A stretch of 64,000 bases of DNA from Eledone cirrhosa (lineage: Eukaryota), in the NCBI GenBank assembly GCA_964016885.1, contig OZ024743.1, positions 288,982,001 to 289,046,000 on the forward strand, read 5' to 3'. Of the stretch, positions 25,427 through 39,040 are shown in pieces. Position numbers and translations under genes: made by a program. The notes beneath the pieces are model-generated. The model ran no database searches. It was given only the letters and a program-made list of their open reading frames with translations, and was not told the DNA's origin. Each line of letters begins with the position of its first letter. Position 1 is the first letter of the stretch.

Positions 25427-25462
25427 CTTTACCGGTTTCGCAGTTCTTCTGCTTTTCAAAAG
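25427..25462 (-). ncRNA. Minimal hammerhead ribozyme, variant core UUGAAAA (U3-A8)
   Basis: Minus strand: CUU-UUGAAAA-GCAG-AAGAA-CUGC-GAAAC-CG-GUA-AAG; palindromic stem III ACCGGU; stem I only 3 bp. Confidence 0.6.
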
Positions 25463-25722
25463 CAGAGTTGAGATGGATGGTCTGTGTTTTTTCTACATAC
25501 ATATATATATATATGTAGGATAACAATAAATCGTTAAAGGTAATCCGATAAGAGTCTGTGAAAACTACTTATTTACGACAGTTTAAGCGTACGGTGCTCA
25601 ACAAGACGTTTACGTGTGTGACGAGTTTATGACTTCACTTGTATTCCTATGTAAATATATCTTGGAATAATAAAAAAGTGAAGAATAACATGGTCAACAG
25701 TACAAACAAGGAGATTTATTTA

Positions 25723-25831
25723 CAGTCTAACAATTGTTTCCATGATAGAGTTGTCTAAAAATTGCTAAACACTGAAGACAGCATTACTCAATTTAAAATA
25801 CATGCAACGTCCATCATTTCATCAGAAACTG
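25723..25831 (-). ncRNA. Type I hammerhead ribozyme with extended stem II
   Basis: Reverse complement of 26511-26619; stem II base AUGAUGGA(C)GUUG / CAACUCUAUCAU. Confidence 0.72.
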
Positions 25832-26510
25832 ATAAGAAATACAAAATACATGCGTAACGGTAAACTTATAAATTCAAATTACTACATCAATAATAGTATT
25901 AATGATAAAAAAAAAATGTAGTATACCTGTGTACTATCAACTCAGGTAGCTTGGCATGTTTCACCATTTGCCTTTGTATTTCTCCACTTAAACCTATTTC
26001 ATCTCAATCATTTTATCTTATCATGTAATACATCTCAAACTAGCTAATTTACTTATTAAAATATCCAATTATTTATATATTTAATTATTATTTATTTATT
26101 TATTTATCTCTTTGCTTAAAGCTCTATTTCTTATTTGCTTTCATCCCTGCAGTAATGTATATTCGTCCGCCTGTTTATCTTCCCTTTTCTCTCCTTCCTT
26201 CATCAATAATTATTATCCTTCCCTGCTTTTTTCCTCCCTCTTAATATTTCTCTATCTCTGCCTTTACTACACCCCCACTTCTTTCTTTCTATCTGTATCT
26301 TTATTATTAATATTGTATTTATTTTGATGTGATAGTTTGATTTCGTAACTTTGCGGTTTATACATTTAACTATTTCTTCGTTCTCTCTTTCGTCGTTTTT
26401 TTTCCCTCTCCTTTCCACCTGTCCCACTTCCTTTATTTTTTTTATCATTAATACTATTATTGATGTAGTAATTTGAATTTATAAGTTTACCGTTATTTTG
26501 TATTTCTTAT

Positions 26511-26619
26511 CAGTTTCTGATGAAATGATGGACGTTGCATGTATTTTAAATTGAGTAATGCTGTCTTCAGTGTTTAGCAATTTTTAGACAACTCTTTCAT
26601 GGAAACAATTGTTAGACTG
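26511..26619 (+). ncRNA. Type I hammerhead ribozyme with extended stem II
   Basis: Stem I CAGUUU/AGACUG; CUGAUGA; ~78-nt stem II domain; GAAAC-AAUU-GUU (palindromic stem III); cleavage after 26613. Confidence 0.72.
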
Positions 26620-27022
26620 TAAATAAATCTCCTTGTTTGTACTGTTGACCATGTTATTCTTCACTTTTATATATATATATAATGTGTGCGTGTCTCTGTT
26701 TATAGCCATTAATTTAGTATTTCGACGAAAAAGACATTAACAAAATTAGTATCAATCTTGAAATGTTATTTACTAAAATCATTGTACAATTGTCCTCTTC
26801 AATGGTCGCAGTCTAATAGATAAATACATAAATAAAGAATACCAAATGAAATGAAATATCCGTCAAATTATGAAATACACAACGAGTAATATCGGCTGAA
26901 ATTATTTTATAATTATCGATTAATGGAATCTTTACTTTGTAATCATATCACCTCAGAAGACTGCTTCCGTATCATCAGTACGAGATTCCTTCTTTTGACA
27001 CACACACATACTCACACACACT

Positions 27023-27056
<34 letters not shown>

Positions 27057-27394
27057 AAAGAGCTCAAAGAAAAGTGTATATATAGGAGGAACAGGATTTC
27101 ATAGACGAGGCCATGTGCCAAAATGTGAAGAGGTTAAGTGTGGTGTGTGGCAAATGATGTATTTTGAGTGAACAATAGCAATTAAGAACGAAATCCATTT
27201 TTGACGAGAAAATGTTTTTGTCTTAAGTTCTCATCTCAGCTGAGTAGTTGTTAAAATCATTTGTTTTTATTGATGTAACTCTAGTTATTTATAATAACTC
27301 ATTTTAACTGACGTAACACAGTTTGAAGTCCAATTTACCTTACGTCCTCGCATAACTGTCAGCCATTGCAACGACCCGGGGATTGTCGAGAAAA

Positions 27395-27413
27395 TAGAAA
27401 GATAGAGAGAGAT

Positions 27414-27455
<42 letters not shown>

Positions 27456-27471
27456 CGAGAGAGAGAGAGAT

Positions 27472-27533
<62 letters not shown>

Positions 27534-28610
27534 AGAGAGATAGATAGAGAGAGAGAGAGAGAATCAAATGCCTTTTGTATTAATCATATGCATCGTTGCA
27601 TCGTAGATTTGTAACAAAAGCTACATAGCTGATAATTTACTAATATTGCGTTGTTTTGCCACGAATTACAAAGCTTTTTGTTTGTTTCCTTCTTTGTCTT
27701 TGTTATTTCTGTGTTCTATTGTTGGGGCTGTTGTTGCTGTTTATGATATACCTATCGTTGAGACTAATACGACTGCTATTGTTCTTGATGATGATGATAA
27801 TGATGATAATAGCAGTTATTACTGCTGATTTTGTTGTTAATGTCGTTGATGTCGTTCTTGTTTAGTCACGTTGCTGATTTTGCTGGTAATAGTATTGCTG
27901 CTACTGCTAATGATGATGTTAATGGTAATGATGAGAATGATGGTGATGATAATGTCGATGGGGATGATGGTGGTTGGGTGGGTTGACGGCGATGATGATT
28001 GTGATAATGGCAATGATGTAACGGTGGTGACGACAACGTTGGCGGCAACGACCACGACGGTGGTGAAGAAAATGATGATGATGATGATGATGGTGGTGGT
28101 GTTAGTAATCCTGTTTTGGAATTCCTAATGATTCGGCATACCTGCGTACACCTTTAAAGATCATCCTGACGCATACCATATTCGAAATTCGTCGAATATT
28201 CCCAACATCTGTAATGGCACATGAAAAGAGATCGACAGTGCCACAAACATCGTCACCGCCAGACTGCCACAGATGCTTGTACTGCTACTCACCACCACCA
28301 CCCAAACCACCACCACCACCACCAGGAACAAAATACCGAAAAGAACAATAACAGAAATGGCACGAAATGATCACCCTGATACTTACATTAGTGAATGTTT
28401 AATTTTTCAAACAACCGCGCTTTTCAATCTTCATCATCATTATCCTCCTCCTCCTCCTCCTCCCCCTCCTCCTCCTCCTCCTCCTCCTCCTCCTCCTCAT
28501 CATCATCATCATCATCATCATCATAATCAACATCATCATCATCATCTTCATCGTCGTTATCATCATTAACACCATCATGATCATGATCATCACCATTATC
28601 ATTAACAACA
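27395..28610. repeat. Low-complexity block: (GA)n, degenerate (GAT/GTT/GGT)n, (ACC)n, (CCT)n, (CAT)n
   Basis: Direct reading; source of the poly-M, poly-P and poly-H pseudo-ORFs. Confidence 0.9.
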
Positions 28611-29039
28611 GAAGCTTGGTCGAAAACTGTTTGGAACTCCGTCAGATGTACTGTAAATGTAATTAAAAAATCCAGCCTCATCCCCCACAGTTTCACGTTG
28701 AAACTCCCTCGTAATTAGATTAAGGGAAGACATGTCTGTAGAATTCTCAATCACTTACCCGTTAGTTTCGTTGCTGGAACAACTGGAATGCTCATCGTCG
28801 AAGACGATGAAGGTCCATTCTATTTGTGCTGTACTGAAAATTCTATTTATTATTTCCTCGTTGTTAATGTCTCATTATTGATATTGCCGTCCTCATCCAT
28901 TTCTTCATTGTAAATACTCCACTGCTCGTTGTTGCTCTATGGATTTCTCTCTCGACCTAATTCCAGTTTACACTCTTCTAAGGCACGTGTGGTCAATGAA
29001 AAAAAAAATTATCATTTCATTTTAAAGCCACTGAAATAA

Positions 29040-30010
29040 ATTCGTAAGCTCATGCATGTTTGTTTGGTTAAGGTGTTCCAAGACCAATTGCTCAAATGTC
29101 TCATACGTTATATTGCTTGCTGAAAGACTACTCTTCAACATGTCTTTATACGGGAGCTATGGCTGGCCAACATTTCTAGTTCCACCATCAAGCTGATTGT
29201 ACGAGGACTTTTGGTATTATTTTAATACTCATTCTGAAGACATGACTAGTCTAGTCTAGTTGTGATTTCATAAATGTGTCACTGCCTCCAATCTTGCCAG
29301 CGTTAGATTTTTTGTCTTCGAATGTGTACTCAGCGATTGCGTGAAGAAAACCTTTATAAAAGATGTCTAGTTGGTTGATGATTCTGATCCAAATAAGTGT
29401 GGTCAGTACTTTAGCATTATAAACCTATGTGTTGGAGTTCGGTTTTGTGTGCTTCTCATTCCAAAGGTGATGACAGAGCTTGCACTCTGGCTTTCACTAT
29501 ACGAAAGATGCATTTGAGTTTACCTTACTTCCAATATATGTGGACGATTTCACATACTTGAGATTCCTCCCATCGATATTTATAGGTGGATCTAGGAACT
29601 GGTGAACTAGTGGTATCTATTTGACACATTGTATTTGTTTAGAGCATGATAGATAGATGACCTTTGTTTTTCCTTTCATTCACTTAGTGTCTCCCGAAGG
29701 CTTTACTTGCAACAGAAAAACGGTTTACGTGTTCCTGGGCCTCCTCTAAAGATGTTGCTGCAAGTGCAGCGTCATCTGCAAAAAGGAAGTCACGAATGAT
29801 GCTGCTGTATATGCGCCTTAGCTTTGAAACTGTGATGGTTGAAGAGTCCGCGACTAGTTTGAAATTGTAATCTAACACCCATGCTTTTTTCACCAAAGGC
29901 ATATTTCAGCACCAATGAAAAGAATAGTACCAAAACGAACTGGAACCATGATATAGCCTTGTTTTGTGTTATTTGTCACATCAAAGAAACCCGATAATCT
30001 TAATTAATTA
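29040..30010 (-). pseudogene. Decayed RTE (BovB-like) LINE RT fragment
   Basis: IRDFLFADDAALAATSLEEAQEHVNRFSVASKAFG...VNERKTKV; upstream FFDVTNNTKQG. Confidence 0.8.
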
Positions 30011-30165
30011 TCAACGCGGACGTTAATTATATATATATACAAATTAGTATATCCATTTCAGAATAATACTAAGAGCAAATGGATATATGTACTCAGCAAA
30101 TGTATAATTCCATGTGGTTTTCCTAGTCCATTTCCAGTTCTTACATTTGTCAAGTGTCTCAGACA

Positions 30166-30258
30166 TTCTTCTTCTTCTTATTCTTCTTCTTCTTCTTCTT
30201 CTTCTTCTTCTTCTTCTTCTTCTTCTTCTTCTTCTTCTTCTTCTTCTTCTTCTTCTTC
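30166..30258. repeat. (TTC)n microsatellite
   Basis: Direct reading. Confidence 0.95.
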
Positions 30259-30299
30259 TCCACTCATTACACAGTATTTTGTTGTACTTAGATTGCTAG

Positions 30300-31500
30300 A
30301 TACAGGTGAATTTGCCTTCTGTAGAATCAGCAAATTCACCTATAGAACTAACCTCTTCAATCAATCACTCAAACTTCTATTCACTTCTGTAAGGGTTAGG
30401 ATCATAACTCCAGTATTTTAGGTAAGGTTAAGCTCCATGTCTCCCTTCTTTAGACACTGGAATGACTTCTTCACTATTTTGGAAAAATATTACGTGTAAA
30501 CCTTTTTGCTCATATTACTTTTAATGTTTCCTTTCATTCACTTAGTGTCTCCTGATCTTGTACTGCTATTAAGAACACATCTTCCTCATCAGTAATATAT
30601 GCCCATAGACTACTTATATTTTCACACACCTTTCTAAGCTTATCAGTCAACGTCCCAATTCTTTATGCTGAAATATTTCCCGTGAACACCTGCTTGACGT
30701 TATAATGCTCTGTATATTGTTATCACCTTACTTGTTTTCTAACTTCTCAAGTTCTATTTTTGTTCAATCTTTTATTCCTGGGTACTTCATTTAAATTCAT
30801 AGCCACAACTGAATTTGGATTTTAATATTTTCTTTACTCTTCGGAATTACCCTCTTCGGAGTCATTTTTTATTAGTCAATGTTTTATAACATCAGTTTCC
30901 TAACACCCATATATTTATATCCATTTTTTTGTGCCAATCTTTCGGATATTCTCTTCGTTTGGTAAATCAATTATTTTACTTTTATTGTATTTACTTCTCT
31001 TCATCACTAGAATTCCACTTTTGGAAATGTCAGCTTCAATTGTTTCGTCATTGCTACATATTCTAACTGAACTGCTATATAGAAGCTGGTTCACACTCGT
31101 CATGTCTTTTCCTAAACTATATCCGGTAATTTTTCTTCGTAGTTCTATCAAAAGTGTGATGAGAGTAATGACCAATAATAACGTTGATAAACTATCAATT
31201 TAGAAGATCCCTGATATGTTTTTACACTTCAAATGAGTGTTCCCGTGTTGTTAGTTTTGTTCTCCACTACGTCTTAAGTTTATTTGTTCAATATGTTATT
31301 TGCCATTCTGAATATTTTGATTGTCTTCAAAATTCTTGAGTTGGGACCATATCAAATTACCAAAGGTAAATTGAACAGTCCTTTTCTATAATAAATTATC
31401 TATCCTGCTATTTCATCTCCAAAAAATTAAATAAAACCGCTTCTTGTTGTAAAGTATAGCGTTTTCAATAGTACTACCAGACGATGATGCTTCCGAAGCC
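30300..31500 (-). pseudogene. Highly degraded R4/Dong-like retrotransposon fragment
   Basis: GYSLGKDMTSVNQLLY (cf. GYKVYDKTINHLFY), SKSGILVMKR, FLIAVQDQ (cf. IISAQDQ), all compared with the 183-2525 ORF. Confidence 0.5.
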
Positions 31501-33260
31501 TTCAAGATGTTTAACACTCAGAAACTCTACAACTAACAAGTGTAATATCATAAATGCATCTGTGTGTGATTTGGAAATCAAAAAGGCAAGCTTGAATGAC
31601 ATTGGATAATTTCACACTGTCGATTTCCCATGCTCTTGATGAGCAGTGTAAAGGATTTTGCGATGAACTTAAGCTCACGCTTTGTCATTGATTGGATGTA
31701 CTCAAGGCTATAGATAGAATAGCAATATGTTTCAAACCTGCATTTCTGTCGGAGTAGTTTACCTAGTATCAAACACTATTTCCTTATTGCAACCCATGTA
31801 TCAACCATGTATCATGTGTCATTTCAGATGTCATGCCCTACTACATTCGAATCTCTTTCAAACAACATTTTAAAGAAACACATCGCTAATAATTTATCAA
31901 GGAATTCGATAAAATTAACATTTCGTGGACATCATATATATTATCTAAGTAGTCTTGTATAAAGTGATTGAGAATTGTACGAAGTTAATGTGTAATAACT
32001 ATATGAAATATTGAAATAGTGTCACCAACCATTAATAGCTTTCTAGAGACAAGATACAAATTGTTTTTGTGAAAGATTTGAAGAATTTAATAGGATCAGT
32101 AAAATTTGAACAGTTGAAGAGCTGCAGGAAATAGCACAACTATGCATCCAGATGAGCCTGAGAATCCCACGATACTATTAAATTCCTAAAAAATTGCTTC
32201 ATCACGATTAAAGAAACCATGGATTAGTCCATTGAGATTTGCCCTGAGAGAGAAGAGGCAAAGCAAGTCGAAGAGAAGTGTTATAGATAGAATTATGCTA
32301 CCATGAGTTGCTTAACTGACGGATGACTGAAAAATATGAGTACAGCATTAAATGCATTTGCTGTCATCGCAGAAGAAAGAAACAATCAGTCCCTCTTTTA
32401 AACCACCTTTCTTTTAGATCTTACTCCCTTTTGGTCTAAAGGAATCGTGAATATGTCTCTGCACGTGATTAAAGTTAATTAATGTAAAAAAGGTGCAGAA
32501 TTTCATTATTTTCTAATTATTTTATTACTATAGATAACATGTGAAGCATCATATTATGTGAAGATATACAAAGTTACTAAATGCTTATAAGGTACAAGAG
32601 CAAATTTCTGGATTTTTCGATCAAATAGCGATTATTATCTTCTACATTTGTGTCTATACCACTGTAATTAATAACATAACAAGCTGGTATTTTATTCACG
32701 ATATATTATTATGACTCAGTATAACGCTATTTCACTTAGAACTGCATATTTAGAAAGGTATATACAAAGATCTCAAAGATATTATAGTAGATATTTTGTA
32801 CTTGTTTAGTTTGTGTTGTCTATATTTGGAGAATGTGTTGGTAATTAAGACATGCTTATATATTGTTTGTCGTATGTTGTAATTATATTGTTTGTTTATT
32901 TGAGTGGCATGTATGTATCTTTCTTCATCGGATACTTCTAAAGGAGAGAGAAAGAGTGCAAAGGTGGATGAAAGAACGATGGGACGTGAGAGGGAAGTGG
33001 AAAACAAAGAGAGGTGGGAAGTGAGAGAGAAAATATATTTGTATATGTGAGTGTCTGTGTGAAGGTGTATGTCTCTGATTTTAGAAAAGTAATTATACAC
33101 ACACAATCACAAAAACAAACATTCTCTTCCACACGCACATTTACATACAAACATATACAAGTAAATATATACACCTACAAACATAGATGCATACACTCAT
33201 AAACACCTATATGCATACAAATACATACACACATACAGATATGTGTATACAAAACATTAC

Positions 33261-33366
<106 letters not shown>

Positions 33367-33643
33367 ATATATATATATATGTATATATATTTATATATAT
33401 GAATGTATGCGTTTCTGTGTGCATGCGCGCATTGGATTGTGTGTTTGTATGTGTGTGAGTAATTTTCCTTCTCCGTGATGTTTGTACTTATGGTTTTCTT
33501 ATTATCTACGACCTTTGTGAAAGTTACCTCTGTAAGTTTCGTTAATCGAATTGAGAAGCTTATCGCCACATCATCATCACCCTCATTTAATCATCATCAC
33601 ACATACATATACACTTATGAATGTATATATATATGAATGTGTA

Positions 33644-33686
<43 letters not shown>

Positions 33687-33852
33687 TCATATATATATAC
33701 ATTCATATATATATACACACATTGTTACCTATAAAGGTACATACATGTAATTTTTACATACTTGCACTGTCAAATGATTAGAGATATATTGCCCCAGCAT
33801 GCCGACTCTCTGAAACAGTAAATGAATTACACACACACATATATATATATAT

Positions 33853-34298
33853 AGTGTATTTTGCAATACACTGTATGCTTAATAAAAAGCATTTTGAAGA
33901 CCTTATGCTATTGTTTTAGAGTAGTGACAGACTCACTTATTTTAATTTCAGCAAACAGGGGGAGATAAAGCTGACAAGGCCTTGTTTCTGCATTTATTGA
34001 TGCTTATGAAAGCCAACTACTCCTCCCGTTTGCTGGGAACCTGGATGCTTTGGTTCTTATAGAATTCTAGTAAATAATCAGGAACTGATTATACAGAGCG
34101 GTTGCCGATCAAGCAGAAATTAAAAATTGTCAGCTTTATCTCCCCTTGTTTGCTGAAATTAAAGTAAGTGAGTCTGTCACTACTCTAAAACAATAGCATA
34201 AGGTCTTCAAAATGCTTTTTATTAAGCATACAGTGTATTGCAAAATACACTATATATATATTCATATATATATAGCTATTTCAGAGCAACAATTCTAA
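33853..34298. mobile_element. Second composite copy of the 12968-13601 hammerhead-bearing family (minus unit + inverted partial unit)
   Basis: Same left end AGTGTATTTTGCAATACACTG and right end CAATTCTAAT; inverted arm starts at GTCAGCTTTATC (~34128); hammerhead core degenerate in this copy. Confidence 0.8.
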
Positions 34299-34328
34299 TA
34301 TATATATATATATTTATATATATATATA

Positions 34329-34423
<95 letters not shown>

Positions 34424-34479
34424 ATATCTTTATTCATATGTAACCCATTTGCAACCACGCAGCACGTTTGTTTTCATAT

Positions 34480-35210
34480 TCACACATATATTTTCCTCCG
34501 CTGTGACCCGTCTATTTCGTTCTTACTGCTTCCTCTTTTCTCTGTATCTTTACCCTCTCTAACAGTCACTCTCCCTGTTAGCCTCTTCCTCACCCTTCAC
34601 TCACTCACTCTCTGCTACTACCTCTCCTACTTCCTCCCGTTTGACCTGTGCGTAATTCTTTTCTCGCGCGCGCTTGACCAGGCTGGTTGTTCCTTTTATC
34701 TCTCTTGTTTACGATTTCACAGAACATATGTTCACCGAATTCAGGGACTAGACTCCTTCCTCCTCCCGTTTGACCTGTGCGGAATTCCTTCCTTGCTCAC
34801 ATTTCGACTAGGTTTGTTGGTCTTTATTCTCTCTCGTTCACGATCTCACCGAACTTATATTCATGGAAATCTGAGACTTGACTCTTTCTTCCTCACTTTT
34901 CGTTGCATTACCATCTTTGTTTGTTTACAGTCTCGCTCGTTCCCCTTATTTACGTGTCCCAACGCCTTTCTTTAGCCGTTGCTCGCACCAACCGGAGGTA
35001 TATGGTCTTTAAAGCGATGAAATACCAATGAATGTTGGAAGATCATTGATGAAGGACTAATTTTATTCATATATATATATCCATAGAGAGAGAGCGAGAG
35101 AGTCTGTGGTGCTAAGTCCGGAGAGGCCACTAAATATGGCAGTGGGAGATGCAGAGTGGGTATAGAGATATGGAAAATCGACCGCGGCACCAAGTGGTTT
35201 CGGCTTGTGT
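34480..35210. repeat. Unclassified element between (TA)n tracts with internal ~130-bp direct repeats
   Basis: CCTCCCGTTTGACCTGTGCG occurs at ~34633 and ~34762 with similar downstream sequence. Confidence 0.5.
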
Positions 35211-35254
35211 ATATATATTTATGCGTGTGCACTTCACCTTCAAACTGCACTGTG

Positions 35255-35810
35255 CACGCTCACCCGTAGAGACGAAGTAGACTTCTCAGGGGACAGCACT
35301 ACTTTCTCTACATGGGGGAGGTGTCTAGAAAAGGTGGCCTATACAAAGCTCGTCTCTTACACCCCTAGTTGGCAAACCGCAGTCAACGGGCTTCTTCTCA
35401 TGTGCTCAAAAAACGACAAGGAAGTAAAAGTACACACCCACCTGAAGGGGTATGACTGGACCGAAGATCGCATGATGGAACATCAGAACCATCCTAGACA
35501 AAGACGACAGCAGCCGTCCTCTATGTCGATCTGCTCTAATTGCACACGAACTGTCAAGTCTGAATGTTGACCTCGCTGCTCTTGGTGAAGTCCACTTTTG
35601 AGAGAAAGGCAGCCTACAAGAGCATGGTGCTGGATACACCCTATACTGGTCAGGCAAACCAGCAGCAGAACCTCACGGTCAAAAACTCTATCGCTTCCAA
35701 CCTCGAAAACCTGTCATTCTGACTGCATCATCTCTATGCACCTCCCGCTGAGTAATCAAAACTATGCCACGCCTTTCAATGTGTACTCCCCAAATCTTCA
35801 AGCAGATTTT
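35255..35810 (+). pseudogene. 5' UTR and APE endonuclease fragment of an RTE (BovB-like) LINE
   Basis: SALIAHELSSLNVDLAALGEVHF*EKGSLQEHGAGYTLYWSGKP, then LPLSNQNYATPFNVYSP. Confidence 0.8.
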
Positions 35811-36340
35811 ATGTGTGTATATTGACCTTGTAACCTTGCATCTAATTTCTTATATGTCTGTTAGTGTATGGATGTGAAGAAGTACAACATTTTGATATAT
35901 TGTTTTAATAATAACACTTCTGCTTTGCAGTTGATTTTGATTGCCCTTGTAATGTTCAATGTATTAATTGGTATGGTATGAACCTCATCTATGATATGGA
36001 GTTATCTCTTCTATATGATACACTTGGTACTTCAAACAATATCTAAATTCCTGAAGATATGTAGAACGATGGACAGATATCTCGTATATATCCTGATATG
36101 GCCCACCGCTCTACATTGTAACATAAGTAGAATTTAAAATATGTTTTTAATTTAACTTGGTTCTTCTATCTATTAATAAATTTTGAGCTCTGCAGCCCGT
36201 AGCCTAACAGTATATAACAGAATCTCCAACGGGTGGGAAAATCCTCAACACATTTTGAATTATTGCTGTATCAAAGAAACTTGGTAGCATCGAGATTCTC
36301 TCATCTTTACCAGTCTATATGCTGAAAAACCCCAATGTAT

Positions 36341-36387
<47 letters not shown>

Positions 36388-37823
36388 TTGTTGTTGTTTA
36401 GCCCAAACTCAAATCTGATTAGGCTGCGCGTAGAAATTCAGCCATGTCATCTCCCTGGTATAATTGCCCCACGGCACTATCCAATAGGTTATTTTCTCCA
36501 ATTGATTAGGGGAAGATTTGGCTGTTATTAGTCAGTGGTTGAGCAATTGGGTAGATGATCCATCCTTACTTCAACTATGAATGTGTTAGCAAGTTAATGC
36601 ATGTTAGAGTTATTTAAATGCGTTATTTAATGAAGTGTGATATTAGGAAACTCAGGTTTCAGCAAAGCATTTCCGGGACATTATAAGAAAAGATGTATTT
36701 TACTAAAATTAATGTACAATATTTTATATGAAAAAAACTTCTCTCTACAAAAATATCTAACGTTTTACTGAAATGAAGCAATCAGGAACATAACATATAG
36801 GTATCAGTTCTGCCACAAAATAAATTTGGAAATAACAATTCTATTCAAGAATCAAGTTAATTTTCCCTCACATCAGAGTCTGAAAGAAAAAGGAAGGTGC
36901 CTTTGAATGGTATTGTTTAGTATAATGTATAATAGTAATAAAACGAAAGGGATTAACGCATCTTGAACAACTTTGATCATAGTAAGGTTCCAGCAAATTA
37001 AACCCGAGAAAAAAGAACACCTAAAACAATAGCCACACTACCCTAACTCTAACTTACTCCGAGTATTTCTTTACCACCAGTTATATGACAGCTTCCACAT
37101 AATATTTTTACTGCTTAGGCAGAGGAAGGAGATTACTGTCCCCATAACAGAGTGTATTCAGACCAAAGATGTGCATGAATATTTAGAAAATAGTAGAGTC
37201 AGCCGAAAGCACCCTAAAGCCAAGTAGGGGTGTTAAACCGGTTGACAGCAAGAATATCTAAATGACAGTTAAGAAGATATGAGAAATCCGACCGCAAGAC
37301 ACTAGCCCCTCTCAATAATCTGAATATATAAATATTTTTTCGTTTTACTAAAGAGAAATTAGAATGAGATGGAAATTGGAATAGAGAAAGATCTTCGTGT
37401 AAATGATCGTTCAATTGTAATGATTGATGGAAGTTGACTATAAACTGTATATGTGCAGAAATCATGTAAGGTAAGACGAAAATGTATTTTGAAATTATAA
37501 CACCGTTCTGTTTGTCGGCATACTAGAGGGGATCTTCTTAAAAGTGCATGACTATTAAATTTAACATCAACTTCTCTTTTGTTTTGTTTTTGTTTTAACT
37601 GTAAGTATGTGAGAAACAGTGGTGTGTTTTGTTAGGAATTTCTTTATAAGTAATATACATACGAGAAGATGATGAAGATGATGAGCATAAAGAAACATTC
37701 AACAACAAACATATATAAATACTTGAACCCATGTTACAAATAGAAGTCATCTTTGTAACTGGTAAGGTGATGCTTCTTGAAAGGGTCTATTCATTTCTCT
37801 TTCGGTAATTACAAATTGCTAAA

Positions 37824-37889
<66 letters not shown>

Positions 37890-38097
37890 TATACACATAC
37901 ACACACGTGTGTAAACATTCATACATATACATACGCAAATATGTATATATTTATATATACATAATCACTGACGGGTAAATCTACCCCTCAGTGATTTTGT
38001 AAAAGATGTTCTCAGAATGTGATTGTTTTAGAGATTTCTTTTCATTGAAATGTTATTTACGTATATACGTATATTGGTGAAAATGTATTTATGTATC

Positions 38098-38129
<32 letters not shown>

Positions 38130-38459
38130 CTTCGACTCTCTTTCACACCTCTTTTCAAACATTATCCTATTAGAAGGAGAGAAGTATTTCAGTCCCCACC
38201 CTCAAATTATGCTTCAACTGATATGTACTTAGAGAAGTTGACGGGGGAGGGGTCATGTCGGAGTGAAAAGGTCCTGTCTTCAATATTGATCCTCATTCAC
38301 CATTCTAGGGCTTTTCCCATATCTACGAATAGACCATTCTTAGTTGCTGTTCTTTTTTCATCGTTTAGCCAGAGCCGAAAGTGCAGTGCCCATGATTTTA
38401 AATACTGCCTAGATGAACTTTGCGATTCATATATTCGATTAACATAAATAACGTAGCAG

Positions 38460-38640
38460 TCTATTACTGGGATAAATGTTTAATATCGACCGAATTACTT
38501 GAAAGGTGTATAATTTTATTGACTCTAGAAAGAGGAAAAGCAAATTTGAATAAGGCAGGATTTGAACTAAGAAAGTAAAGAGGCGGAATAATTAAAGCAA
38601 CCCATTTTGTCGGACCCTCTAACGATTCCACTAATTCAGT
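38460..38640 (-). mobile_element. Diverged SINE family A copy
   Basis: TTTATTGACTCTAGAAAGAGGAAAAGCAAA...GGATTTGAACT...GTCGGACCCTCTAACGATTCCACTAA (reverse complement of head and core). Confidence 0.6.
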
Positions 38641-38857
38641 AACAAGGATGATAATAAACATATAAAAAGTTTGTGAACATTTCAAGAAAATGACTAAACA
38701 TTTATTGCCCAAACTTAATCTCTGCCATTAATTGTTGAGTTAGAATATTTTGAGACATTTGTCTGCCACTGTGTTAAAGCTGTTTGGGATAAAGTTTCAT
38801 GGTGTATGAATAAAATTTCTCGAAATACAGACTTAAGTATTTGCATCCATTTTAGAC

Positions 38858-39040
<183 letters not shown>

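Larger units (their letters stand above)
25516..26668. mobile_element. Inverted pair of PLE-type pseudo-LTRs (~235-bp arms 25674-25916 / 26436-26668) with large-stem-II hammerheads
   Basis: Near-identical reverse-complement arms; left arm has an extra ~160-bp tail running to (TA)n. Confidence 0.82.

Noticed and set aside
34238-34975. 245-aa ORF
   Set aside because: Open only because of (TA)n and pyrimidine-rich repeats; no recognisable domain.
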